A DNA stretch of 50,875 bases from an uncultured Methanosarcinales archaeon (GTDB lineage: Archaea > Nanobdellota > Nanobdellia > Woesearchaeales > DSVV01), in the NCBI GenBank assembly GCA_964593285.1, contig CAZQHZ010000001.1:66124-116998 (forward strand), read 5' to 3'. Of the stretch, positions 10,141 to 18,539 are shown in pieces. Made by a program: the position numbers and the translations under genes. The notes below the pieces were generated by a model. That model was given only the letters and a program-made list of their open reading frames with translations, searched no databases and was not told the DNA's origin. Position 1 is the stretch's first letter. Every line of letters starts with the position of its first letter.

Positions 10141-12199
10141 AGAATTAAAAAAAAAGTTGAAAAGTAAAAATTCTATAATTAAATTTAACTCTATAAATAG
10201 TTTAAATGAAAAAGAAGCAAAAAAAGAAATGAAAGCACTTGAGGATGCAATAAATTATCATGATGAACTATATTATAAAAAAAATAAGCCAAAAATATCA
10301 GATAATACTTATGATCAATTATTTGAAAGACTTGAAAATTTAGAAAAAAAATTCCCTCAATTAAAATCAAAAAACTCTCCAACAAAAAAAATAGGTAAAG
10401 AACCAAAAACTACTTTTAAAAAAATAAAACACACAAAACCTCTTTTAAGTTTACAGGCTACAGCAAAAAAAGAAGATATAAAAGACTTTCTTAAATTCGT
10501 TAAAAAAAATACAACAAATACTAATTATATTTTAGAACCAAAATTTGATGGATTTTCTATAGAAATAATATATAAAAATGGAGTGTTTGCATATGGTGCA
10601 ACTAGAGGGGATGGATTTATAGGAGAAGATATATCAAGAAATATTAAAACTATTAAAACAATTCCAAAGAAGTTAGCTAATGATTCTATTAATTTTTTAT
10701 CAATTAGAGGAGAAGTTTTTATTAATAAAAAAGACTTTCAAATGTTAAATAAAAAAAGAATTCAAAACAATAAAAAAGAATTTTCAAATCCAAGAAATGC
10801 AGCAGTTGGCCTAATGAGGCAATTAAATTCTAAAAATGTTGAAAACATTCCATTTAAAGCAATATTTTATGAAATAATAAAAATAAAAAACCAAAAAATA
10901 AAAAACCAAAATGAAGCATTACAATATTTAAAAAAATTAAATTTTAATGTAAGCTCAAAAAATAAAATTATAAAATCCTATGAAAAAATAATTGAAAAAA
11001 TAATAAGATATTATAATAATTTTGAAAAAATTAGAGATGATTTAAACTATGAAATAGATGGAATTGTAATAAAAGTAGATGAATATAAAGAACGTGAAAA
11101 ACTTGGAAGGAGAGAGAAAAATCCAAGATGGGCAATTGCATGGAAATTTCCACCAAAGAAAGAAATAACAACATTAAAAGATATAGTAGTTCAAGTTGGA
11201 AGAACAGGAATCTTAACACCAATAGCACTTTTAAATCCTGTAAATGTTGGAGGAGTTACAATATCTAAAGCAACTCTTCACAACCAAGATTATATTCAAC
11301 AGAAAGGATTTAAAAAAGGAGATAAAGTAAAAATTTTAAGAGCTGGAGATGTTATACCAAGAGTAGATGAATTAGTAAAAAAAATTAATAAAAGCAAAAA
11401 AAAATTTAAACTTCCAAAAAAGTGTCCTGTCTGTAAATCAAATACAATTAAACAAGGAGCATATGTAATATGCCCAAATAGCTTATCATGTGATGCACAA
11501 TTAAAAGGTAGAATACAACATTTTGCATCAACTGAAGCTATGAATATAAGAGGTCTTGGAGAAAAAATAATTATTCAGTTGGTAGATAAATCATTAGTTA
11601 CAAAAATATCTGATCTATATGAACTTAAAAAAAAGGATTTTTTAAAATTAGAAGGATTTAAAAATAAATCTGCAAAAAAATTATACGAACAAATACAGAA
11701 TTCAAAAAATCCAAATCTAGATAGATTCATATATGCACTTGGTATAAGATTAGTTGGTCTTAAAAATGCAAAAGTACTTGCCCATAATTTTAAGTCCTTT
11801 GGTAGATTAATGAAAGCATCAAAGAGAGAGCTTAAAAAAATAGAAGAAATAGGAGATGAAATAACAAAGAGTGTGTTAAATTTTTTTCAAAATAAAAAAA
11901 ATAGAAATGTCATAAAAAAATTAAGAGAAAACGAAATTAAACCAAAGGAATTTAAAATTTTAAAAACTCAAAAATTAAAAAAAAAGAAATTTGTAATAAC
12001 TGGTATTTTGCGAAATTATTCAAGAAAAGAAGCAAAGGAAGAAATAGAAAAAAGAGGAGGGCATGTAACAGAAAACATTAGTAAAAATACAGATTATTTA
12101 ATCGTTGGAAAAAAACCTGGATCAAAATTAGATGATGCAAAAATAAACAATATTAAGATTATATATGAAGAAGAATTTGAAAAAATATTAAAAAAATAG
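10130..12199 (+). CDS. ligA: NAD-dependent DNA ligase
   Basis: EPKFDG adenylation motif, ATRGDG..GED, NPRNAA.G, DGIVIK, QVGRTG, RAGDVIP, Zn finger CPVC..C..C, C-terminal BRCT. Overlaps the end of polX. Confidence 0.96.
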   Translation: MKYEELKKKLKSKNSIIKFNSINSLNEKEAKKEMKALEDAINYHDELYYKKNKPKISDNTYDQLFERLENLEKKFPQLKSKNSPTKKIGKEPKTTFKKIKHTKPLLSLQATAKKEDIKDFLKFVKKNTTNTNYILEPKFDGFSIEIIYKNGVFAYGATRGDGFIGEDISRNIKTIKTIPKKLANDSINFLSIRGEVFINKKDFQMLNKKRIQNNKKEFSNPRNAAVGLMRQLNSKNVENIPFKAIFYEIIKIKNQKIKNQNEALQYLKKLNFNVSSKNKIIKSYEKIIEKIIRYYNNFEKIRDDLNYEIDGIVIKVDEYKEREKLGRREKNPRWAIAWKFPPKKEITTLKDIVVQVGRTGILTPIALLNPVNVGGVTISKATLHNQDYIQQKGFKKGDKVKILRAGDVIPRVDELVKKINKSKKKFKLPKKCPVCKSNTIKQGAYVICPNSLSCDAQLKGRIQHFASTEAMNIRGLGEKIIIQLVDKSLVTKISDLYELKKKDFLKLEGFKNKSAKKLYEQIQNSKNPNLDRFIYALGIRLVGLKNAKVLAHNFKSFGRLMKASKRELKKIEEIGDEITKSVLNFFQNKKNRNVIKKLRENEIKPKEFKILKTQKLKKKKFVITGILRNYSRKEAKEEIEKRGGHVTENISKNTDYLIVGKKPGSKLDDAKINNIKIIYEEEFEKILKK

Positions 12200-12219
12200 T
12201 TTAAAAAAAGGTGATAATT

Positions 12220-12804
12220 ATGAAAAAAGAATTTATAAAATATTTACAAAATAATGGTGTTGCATTAAATCCTAGAGTGGCTGAAGCATTTAACGCAATA
12301 AATAGAAAAGATTTCATGCTAGAAGGAGAATCTGAAATGGATATGCCATTTCCAATTGCAGGAGGACAAACAATAAGTCAGCCATATACTGTTGCATTTA
12401 TGCTCGACAAATTAGACATAAAAGAAGGAATGAAAGTATTAGATGTTGGAAGTGGAAGCGGATGGACAACAGCATTAATTGCACATATAATAGGCAAGAG
12501 AGGATATGTTGTAGGTGTTGAATTATTAGATGAACTTGTAAAATTTGGATCAAAAAATCTAAAAAAATACAACTTTAAAAATGCAGAAATTATAAAAGCA
12601 AAAAAAGACATTAAAGGCTTACCAGAAAAAGCACCATATGATAGAATACTAGTCTCGGCAGCAGCAACAACTGTTCCTGAAATATTAATTGATCAATTAT
12701 CAAAAGAAGGAATTATGCTAATTCCAGTAAATAATACTATACAACGGATAACAAAAAAAAGTCGTGAAATATGGCATGGATTTTCTTTTGTACCATTAAA
12801 GTAA
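12220..12804 (+). CDS. pcm: Protein-L-isoaspartate O-methyltransferase
   Basis: GQTISQP, VLDVGSGSGWT, APYDRILVSAA, FSFVPL. ATG at 12220 follows GGTGA. Confidence 0.93.
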   Translation: MKKEFIKYLQNNGVALNPRVAEAFNAINRKDFMLEGESEMDMPFPIAGGQTISQPYTVAFMLDKLDIKEGMKVLDVGSGSGWTTALIAHIIGKRGYVVGVELLDELVKFGSKNLKKYNFKNAEIIKAKKDIKGLPEKAPYDRILVSAAATTVPEILIDQLSKEGIMLIPVNNTIQRITKKSREIWHGFSFVPLK

Positions 12805-12856
12805 TTTACAACTTGCAAAAGGTTTTAATTATTTTTTACTAGAAATATCTTTTATA
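12801..12856 (+). promoter_or_regulatory. Island-type promoter of the PEBP gene
   Basis: GTAATTTAC at 12801; degenerate box ATTTTTTAC at 12831, then TAGAAATATC-TTTTATA. Confidence 0.65.
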
Positions 12857-12893
12857 TCGTAGAATATTAAAATAGAGAAATTAATAAATAGAG

Positions 12894-13364
12894 GTGAAAA
12901 AAATGTATAATTCAAAAAAATTAAAAATTACAATACCTGCTTATAAAAATGGAGAAGTAATACCAAAAAAATATACTTGTGATGGTGAAAATATAAACCC
13001 TAAAATAATAATAAATAATGCCCCTAAAAGTGCAGATACATTTGTATTAATATTTGATGACCCAGATGCACCAAATAATACATTTACACACTGGGTAGTA
13101 TTTAATATACCAGCACAAACAAATATTATTCTTGAAAACACAATACCTGGAATCGAAGGAGAAAATGATTTTAAGAAAACTAATTATTCAGGACCTTGCC
13201 CTCCTAGTGGAACACATAGATATTATTTCCATCTATATGCAATACAAGGAAAGTTATTGTTTAAAGAAGGAGCAAGCAGAAAAGAGATAGAGAAAAAAAT
13301 GCAAGATAAAATAATTGAAAGTGCATCTTATATGGGTAAATATGAAAGAATCAATGAAAGATAA
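12894..13364 (+). CDS. YbhB/YbcL family (PEBP/RKIP-like) protein
   Basis: IPKKYTCDG, DDPDAP..FTHWVVFNIP, YSGPCPPSGTHRYYF. The true start may be ATG 12903. Confidence 0.93.
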   Translation: MKKMYNSKKLKITIPAYKNGEVIPKKYTCDGENINPKIIINNAPKSADTFVLIFDDPDAPNNTFTHWVVFNIPAQTNIILENTIPGIEGENDFKKTNYSGPCPPSGTHRYYFHLYAIQGKLLFKEGASRKEIEKKMQDKIIESASYMGKYERINER

Positions 13365-13577
13365 ATTAATGTAATAAAATGTATGATTTATTTTAAAAAT
13401 TATTTACTAAAAAAATAAAGATGTGTAATGCAAAAAATTTAGTCAAGTAATAGAATCATCAATAGTAAATACATACATAAATAAAAAGTTTTTTTAATTA
13501 CTATATTAAAAGTATTTTCTGTTAATTTTTTTTAAAAATCTCAGCATTAAAAGTTTAGACTTTTATCAACTTTGAAA

Positions 13578-13778
13578 TTATCTTTTAAATAAGTCATTAT
13601 TTGAATTTCTACCGAAAAAATAATAAAAAATTGCAGTGATGATACTAAAAAATAGTGCTAAAACTATCCAAAAAATTTTCATCCCATTTGATAAATTTTT
13701 ATTATGTAAAAGCACATCATAAATTACCCATATCATACATATTATTGCTAGTATACTTATTATTTGTCCTATTACCAT
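13578..13778 (-). CDS. Small 2-TM protein (PLDc N-terminal-like)
   Basis: IWVIYDV......K.FW.....FF..I.AIFYYFFGR pattern. Confidence 0.7.
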   Translation of the reverse strand: MVIGQIISILAIICMIWVIYDVLLHNKNLSNGMKIFWIVLALFFSIITAIFYYFFGRNSNNDLFKR

Positions 13779-13827
13779 TTTTATCCCTAAATTTAGTATT
13801 AATTACAATTAATAAAAAAAATATTTT

Positions 13828-14013
13828 TTAAATCATCTCACCAGTATCTAATTTTTCATCTTCTTCTACTATTTCTGGTAAAATCTCTTCCTCTTCTATT
13901 ACTTCTTCGTCATCTATAAAATCATCTATTATTGAGTCTTCGGATACCTCATTTGTTTCGCAAGCTATAAGGGCTAAAAAGGATATTAATAATATTACTA
14001 TGAAATATTTCAT
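13828..14013 (-). CDS. Small acidic lipoprotein
   Basis: Signal peptide ending LIAC, then a D/E-rich tail; ATGA overlap with the upstream gene. Confidence 0.65.
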   Translation of the reverse strand: MKYFIVILLISFLALIACETNEVSEDSIIDDFIDDEEVIEEEEILPEIVEEDEKLDTGEMI

Positions 14014-14900
14014 TGTAAGCCACCTCTATTTGGTATTTTTTTATCTAAACCTTTTATTCTTTCACTAATGTTTTGTTTTACATCATCAGGTAATCTATCC
14101 TTTACTTCTTTTATTCTCTTTCTTGCTTTCTCTGTTATATCTTCTAAAACTTCTTCTTTTATTCTATTGACATTTTCTTTTGCATTCGTTTCTTGTTTTG
14201 TTGCTTCATCTCGCATGTTTGCTAATACTTCATTAGCTTGTTCATCTCTAACTTCTCTTACTAAATTCATGACCTCTCCTCTTATTTCTTGAGGTTCTAT
14301 TTCTTTGTTTCTTATTCTTTCAACTAAGTTTTCGCTAACAATTCCTTGAGCTTGTAAGTTTCTTCTGACTGTTTCTTCGTTGTGTGCCATAGCTTTTTCA
14401 TTTATGTTTTCTTGATATCTTGTAGCTACAATAGATTCTTGTGCTCGTTCATCTGCCACATTCCTAACTACTAAAACTTCATCTCCATCCACAATTATTC
14501 TAGCAGTATCTCTAAATTCTTTAGTTAGTGCTGATGCTTCTTGTTTAAAACTCATAAATGCTTCAATATTTTCTTCTCTTTCTGCTATTTCATATGTTGA
14601 TACTTCCTCTTTTAAATCTATTAAACTTATAAGAATTGCTTCTAGTTCGTCAATGGTTGGTTGAGTAACTTCTTCCTCAATATATTCAAGCACTGTTTCA
14701 CCTTTTATTATATTCATGTGTATTGCTCTTTCGAGTTGTAACAACCTCATTTCTGCACCAGGATTTGTTTCAAAAGGCATTATTTCCTTTACATCTATTT
14801 CTTGTTCAACTTCATTTGTTATATCTGGTTGTGCCATGGTTAATGGCAAAACTGATAATAAAGCAAAAACCACAATAAATGGTTTGATTATATTTTTCAT
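14010..14900 (-). CDS. Secreted acidic coiled-coil protein
   Basis: From ATG 14900 (GGTGA upstream): signal peptide MKNIIKPFIVVFALLSVLPLTMA, then an E/K/R-rich helical sequence. Confidence 0.7.
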   Translation of the reverse strand: MKNIIKPFIVVFALLSVLPLTMAQPDITNEVEQEIDVKEIMPFETNPGAEMRLLQLERAIHMNIIKGETVLEYIEEEVTQPTIDELEAILISLIDLKEEVSTYEIAEREENIEAFMSFKQEASALTKEFRDTARIIVDGDEVLVVRNVADERAQESIVATRYQENINEKAMAHNEETVRRNLQAQGIVSENLVERIRNKEIEPQEIRGEVMNLVREVRDEQANEVLANMRDEATKQETNAKENVNRIKEEVLEDITEKARKRIKEVKDRLPDDVKQNISERIKGLDKKIPNRGGLQ

Positions 14901-14960
14901 TTTTTTCACCTCACTAAAAATATTAAATAATATGTAATGATATAACATATGTTGTTTAAC

Positions 14961-14992
14961 TATAAAAGGGTTATTTAGTAAATTACAAGATT
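14961..14992 (-). promoter_or_regulatory. Island-type promoter (box 10 bp from TATA)
   Basis: Plus strand reads TATAAAA-GGGTTATTTA-GTAAATTAC (box at 14978). Confidence 0.7.
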
Positions 14993-15037
14993 TAAACAAA
15001 ATAAATTGTAAACCACGATTATTTTAATTGTTAAAAT

Positions 15038-15262
15038 TTATTTTTTTACCCAATTATTTCCTTGTTTAGTATATTTTTGTTTAACTGCTGACCAAGCAAC
15101 TTTATGTGCAACTTCTTCTCTAGAAGCGTTTCCTTTTCTATCTTCTGGATTTTTATATTGTTCCCATGCGTTATTATAAGCTTCTTTGTATATTTTTTGA
15201 GCATCTATTGGTAAATTATTTTTTACTAATTTTGGCAAATCTGATTCTTTTTTATAAGGCAT
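15038..15262 (-). CDS. chaB: ChaB family protein
   Basis: MPY....DLP..VK..LP..AQ.IYKEAYNNAWEQY...REEVAHKVAWSAVKQKY.K....W. Confidence 0.93.
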   Translation of the reverse strand: MPYKKESDLPKLVKNNLPIDAQKIYKEAYNNAWEQYKNPEDRKGNASREEVAHKVAWSAVKQKYTKQGNNWVKK

Positions 15263-15325
15263 TTTGATTCCTCATTTTAATATAATTAATAAAAAATTAA
15301 TTTTTAAGTTAATTTTTTACATTAC

Positions 15326-16450
15326 TTATTTGTTTTTATATTTACTTTCAAGTTGATTTTTTAATTTTTCAAATGATTTTCTAATTGCTATCATAATTTC
15401 CCAATCATCATCTTCTGAGGTTATTATAGCTCCTGGATAACTTAATTTACTAAAAACTTGAAATCTGCTTTTATTTCCTTCTTTTTGATGTTCTTTTATG
15501 TGTATATTAATTTTGAAAATATTTTTAAAATAATATTGTAATTTTTCAGCATAGTTTTCTACTGTGTTTTGAATATTTTTGGTCATTGTTTCATCTAAAT
15601 TGAGTTCTTTTAATCCTTTATAAAAAATATTACTTTGTTTGATTTTAAATATTTCAATTATAGATTTTAATGTTTGTTTAAGGTTAATTATACCTATATT
15701 TTTATTTGATGAATTTTTGACTAAAAGATTATAAGACTTTGTTTTTGAAAATAATTTTAAAACTTCATTAAATTTTGCATCTTTTTTTATTTTGTTTATA
15801 TTAGGTTCAATAAAATTTTCAATACTTAGTTTTTTTATATCTTTTAATTCTGTCTGATGAGTTTTTATAGGTGTATTTGGTACTTCTCCATGTTGTCTTT
15901 CAGTTATATGTTTTAGTATAAAATTTTTTAAAAGGTTTATAGTTGATATAGTTCCTATTATTTCTCCTTTATTTTCAACATATACTTCTCTAACTTTATT
16001 AATGTTCATAAAATGAATAACTTCTCCTAAAGTTGCACTCTGTTTTATTGTTACTAATCTATCAACGATATCATTTATTTTAAGTTTTAATTTAGGATTA
16101 TCTTTTAATAAATTGAATAATTCATACACATCAACAAATTTAATTAAATTATCTTTATCAAAGACTGGAAGAATAATTGAATTACTATCAATAAATTTTT
16201 GTGTAATTACAATTAAATTATCATCAAGATTTACTTTTGATACTGGTATTATAAACTGTTTTATTTTTGTTTTATTAGCACTTGGTCTTGAATTTAATAA
16301 TAAAAAATGTGATAGGTTTCCTTGTAACTCTTCAATATACACTTCACTAGCATTATTTTTTTTAAGCCTACCTATCACTTTTGAAACTATTTCTTCTTTC
16401 TTAGTACAAATTACAATTAAGCTCTCTTTCATATCTTTTGCGTTAATCAT
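15326..16450 (-). CDS. CBS-domain protein with C-terminal HPF/RaiA(S30AE)-like domain
   Basis: Four degenerate CBS repeats. C-terminal ~100 aa (YKGL..D..M..NI...VE.YAEKL..YF....INIHIKEH....RFQV..KL.YPG.II..EDDDWE...AI..SFEKL..QL) match the HPF pattern. Confidence 0.72.
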   Translation of the reverse strand: MINAKDMKESLIVICTKKEEIVSKVIGRLKKNNASEVYIEELQGNLSHFLLLNSRPSANKTKIKQFIIPVSKVNLDDNLIVITQKFIDSNSIILPVFDKDNLIKFVDVYELFNLLKDNPKLKLKINDIVDRLVTIKQSATLGEVIHFMNINKVREVYVENKGEIIGTISTINLLKNFILKHITERQHGEVPNTPIKTHQTELKDIKKLSIENFIEPNINKIKKDAKFNEVLKLFSKTKSYNLLVKNSSNKNIGIINLKQTLKSIIEIFKIKQSNIFYKGLKELNLDETMTKNIQNTVENYAEKLQYYFKNIFKINIHIKEHQKEGNKSRFQVFSKLSYPGAIITSEDDDWEIMIAIRKSFEKLKNQLESKYKNK

Positions 16451-16465
16451 TTTTTATTTCAACGT

Positions 16466-16828
16466 TTATCTTCTTGCAACTGTTAAAATTGCTTTTATTG
16501 CAACTATTGCTGTAGCTGGTGCTATAAAAACATTTAATAGACTAAAAAATGTCGGTATTGCAGTCCATCCAAAAGCTAAATTATTAAGAATTGAACTTAA
16601 TGCTTGAAAACTTAATAAAAAAGCAATAGCTCCAATTAAGAATGTTTTTACTTCACTGGTTGCAATGTTTATTAAACCCACTAAAATACCCAATATTGCA
16701 ATAGTATAAATTGACCAAACAGGTACAACTGTTGCACTAAATAGTGCAATAACTATAGCTAATACTAATCCAACAATAAAAGATATTCTTCCAATCATAG
16801 AAATTTTTTTTTTATTGTATATACTCAT
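16466..16828 (-). CDS. Small 4-TM membrane protein
   Basis: Four hydrophobic helices, GILVGLINI...E...FL motif. ATG 16828 follows GAGGTGA. Confidence 0.7.
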   Translation of the reverse strand: MSIYNKKKISMIGRISFIVGLVLAIVIALFSATVVPVWSIYTIAILGILVGLINIATSEVKTFLIGAIAFLLSFQALSSILNNLAFGWTAIPTFFSLLNVFIAPATAIVAIKAILTVARR

Positions 16829-16866
16829 TTTAATTTTCACCTCAATATATAAACAATAGTTTATTA

Positions 16867-16923
16867 TATAAAAAAGATTTCTAGTAATTTACAAAAATAA
16901 AATAATATTTTTTAGTAAATTAC
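16867..16923 (-). promoter_or_regulatory. Island-type promoter with two boxes 31 bp apart
   Basis: TATAAAAAAGATTTCTAGTAATTTACAAAAAT (16867-16898) is nearly identical to 7709-7740; second box GTAAATTAC at 16915. Confidence 0.75.
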
Positions 16924-17195
16924 TATATCATATAATTTAGAAAATTTTAGATAGCATTTATTTTATAAAATTCTCATATTTTTTTAAGGTTATTTTTTAA
17001 ATTAAAAATTTTTTATAAAAATTATTTTATTTGCATATTAGATAATTTAATGTAAGCTATTTAAATTAATCTTTTATATTAATTAATAAATGTATTCAAA
17101 ATACAGAATATAAAAGATAATTAACATAATTTAAAAAATATTAACTTTTTAATTATTTATAATTTAAATTAAATATTAAAAGAAGTATTTATTTT

Positions 17196-18539
17196 TTAAA
17201 CTTCACTCATATATAAATGTCCAGAAAAATCTGTTAGCACAATATGTCCTCTTTTTTTATTAATTTTATTTGCAATATATTTTTGCAGGGTTGCAAGTGC
17301 ATATAAATTTAAAACAAACGCTCCTTCACCTTCAATTAATTTACCATCCTTTGTAATTGTTGCAAGATGGTGGCTTCTAAAAACAACATGCATTTCAAGT
17401 TTATTATCTCTAATTACCAGCCAAATAAAATTTAAACATGGTGGATTTTCATTTTCTAAATCATTTATTGGATCCCATAAACTTATAATACAGCGTCTTG
17501 TATTCTTATCCTTTTTTAAAACATTTATTGCTTTTTTTACTTGATTTCCCCATTTTTTAAAAATTCTATCATGATATGTATAAATAAAATCATTTTCGTT
17601 TTTTCCATTCATAAATTCATCAACATAATTTTCAATATATTCTTTTGAAAATTCTTTTGGAATTACTTTTAGTGCATCTTTTATTACAACGCTAAAACTT
17701 CTAGATTCCATTGTAATTATATTTCGTTGATCTTTAAACATAACTCCATTTTCATAAATAAATGCAGTAATCATTTCAAGTGCATCTTTTAGATTTTCTG
17801 CATTAACTTTTTGGCCAATAGGTAATTTTGAATATTTTTGAATAAATTTTACCTTTTTTGTAGTATTTGATAAATCTAAATTATATTGATTAAAAAATCT
17901 TGCACCATCATCATATAATAAATTATTCTTAATAACATTAGAATAAAATCCAAACTTGTCTAAAACTTTTTTTGCATTATTTGGTTCTTGAATTAATGAT
18001 TTAATTAATTCTTCTGCTTCTTTTAAATTTTTATTAGGATTAATATTTTTATAAACAACTAAATCACATTGTTTTCTAATTCTTTTAATTGCTGTTTTTG
18101 TAACTTGTGAAAATTTAGGATTTTGTGCTTTTGAATTTATAATTATATTGTTTTCATCAACACCAAATTTCCAAAAATTAGTTATTGCATCAACTAATAA
18201 ATGCCCATTGTCTTTATTATCAAATACAAATAAAACTAGTTTATTTACATTAGGATTTTTTAAAATATTAGAAAAGACATATTTTGTGCCATTTGTGGTT
18301 TTCCAGTAACCAGTTAAATATGCATAATTTGATATTTTTAAAAAAAAATCTTTAATTATTTTTGGTGGTTTATCAGTTTTCCAATTATAAATAAAACCTA
18401 TTGCAATATTAGATAAAAAATTCCCAACAATAACATCTTCACTATTAAAAAATTCTAAACAATGCTCATTTTTTGTTGGTTTTATTTTATAAATTTCTTT
18501 TTTTTGATATTTATCATAGCCAATTTTTATTTTTTCCAT
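17196..18539 (-). CDS. MtrA-like domain fused to an archaeal-type thymidylate-synthase domain
   Basis: N-terminal DVIVGN..SNIAI..G.WKT.NG...V.SNILKNPNV..L......GH......FGVD....II......F......AIKR.RKQ follows the MtrA pattern. C-terminal YTYHDRI, NQV, TRRC, LWDP, PPCL, FRSH and SGHLY follow ThyA. Confidence 0.8.
   Translation of the reverse strand: MEKIKIGYDKYQKKEIYKIKPTKNEHCLEFFNSEDVIVGNFLSNIAIGFIYNWKTDKPPKIIKDFFLKISNYAYLTGYWKTTNGTKYVFSNILKNPNVNKLVLFVFDNKDNGHLLVDAITNFWKFGVDENNIIINSKAQNPKFSQVTKTAIKRIRKQCDLVVYKNINPNKNLKEAEELIKSLIQEPNNAKKVLDKFGFYSNVIKNNLLYDDGARFFNQYNLDLSNTTKKVKFIQKYSKLPIGQKVNAENLKDALEMITAFIYENGVMFKDQRNIITMESRSFSVVIKDALKVIPKEFSKEYIENYVDEFMNGKNENDFIYTYHDRIFKKWGNQVKKAINVLKKDKNTRRCIISLWDPINDLENENPPCLNFIWLVIRDNKLEMHVVFRSHHLATITKDGKLIEGEGAFVLNLYALATLQKYIANKINKKRGHIVLTDFSGHLYMSEV

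Larger units (their letters stand above)
4674..17271. mobile_element. Putative integrated genomic island (stress/dormancy cargo), no integrase visible
   Basis: Flanked by 81-bp direct repeats that include a gene 3' end. The cargo is accessory and partly bacterial-type, and the promoters share a motif. Confidence 0.7.

Noticed and set aside
14901..14999. N-terminal extension of the 329-aa ORF
   Set aside because: It covers the TATA box, regulatory box and GGTGA site; the signal peptide starts at ATG 14900.
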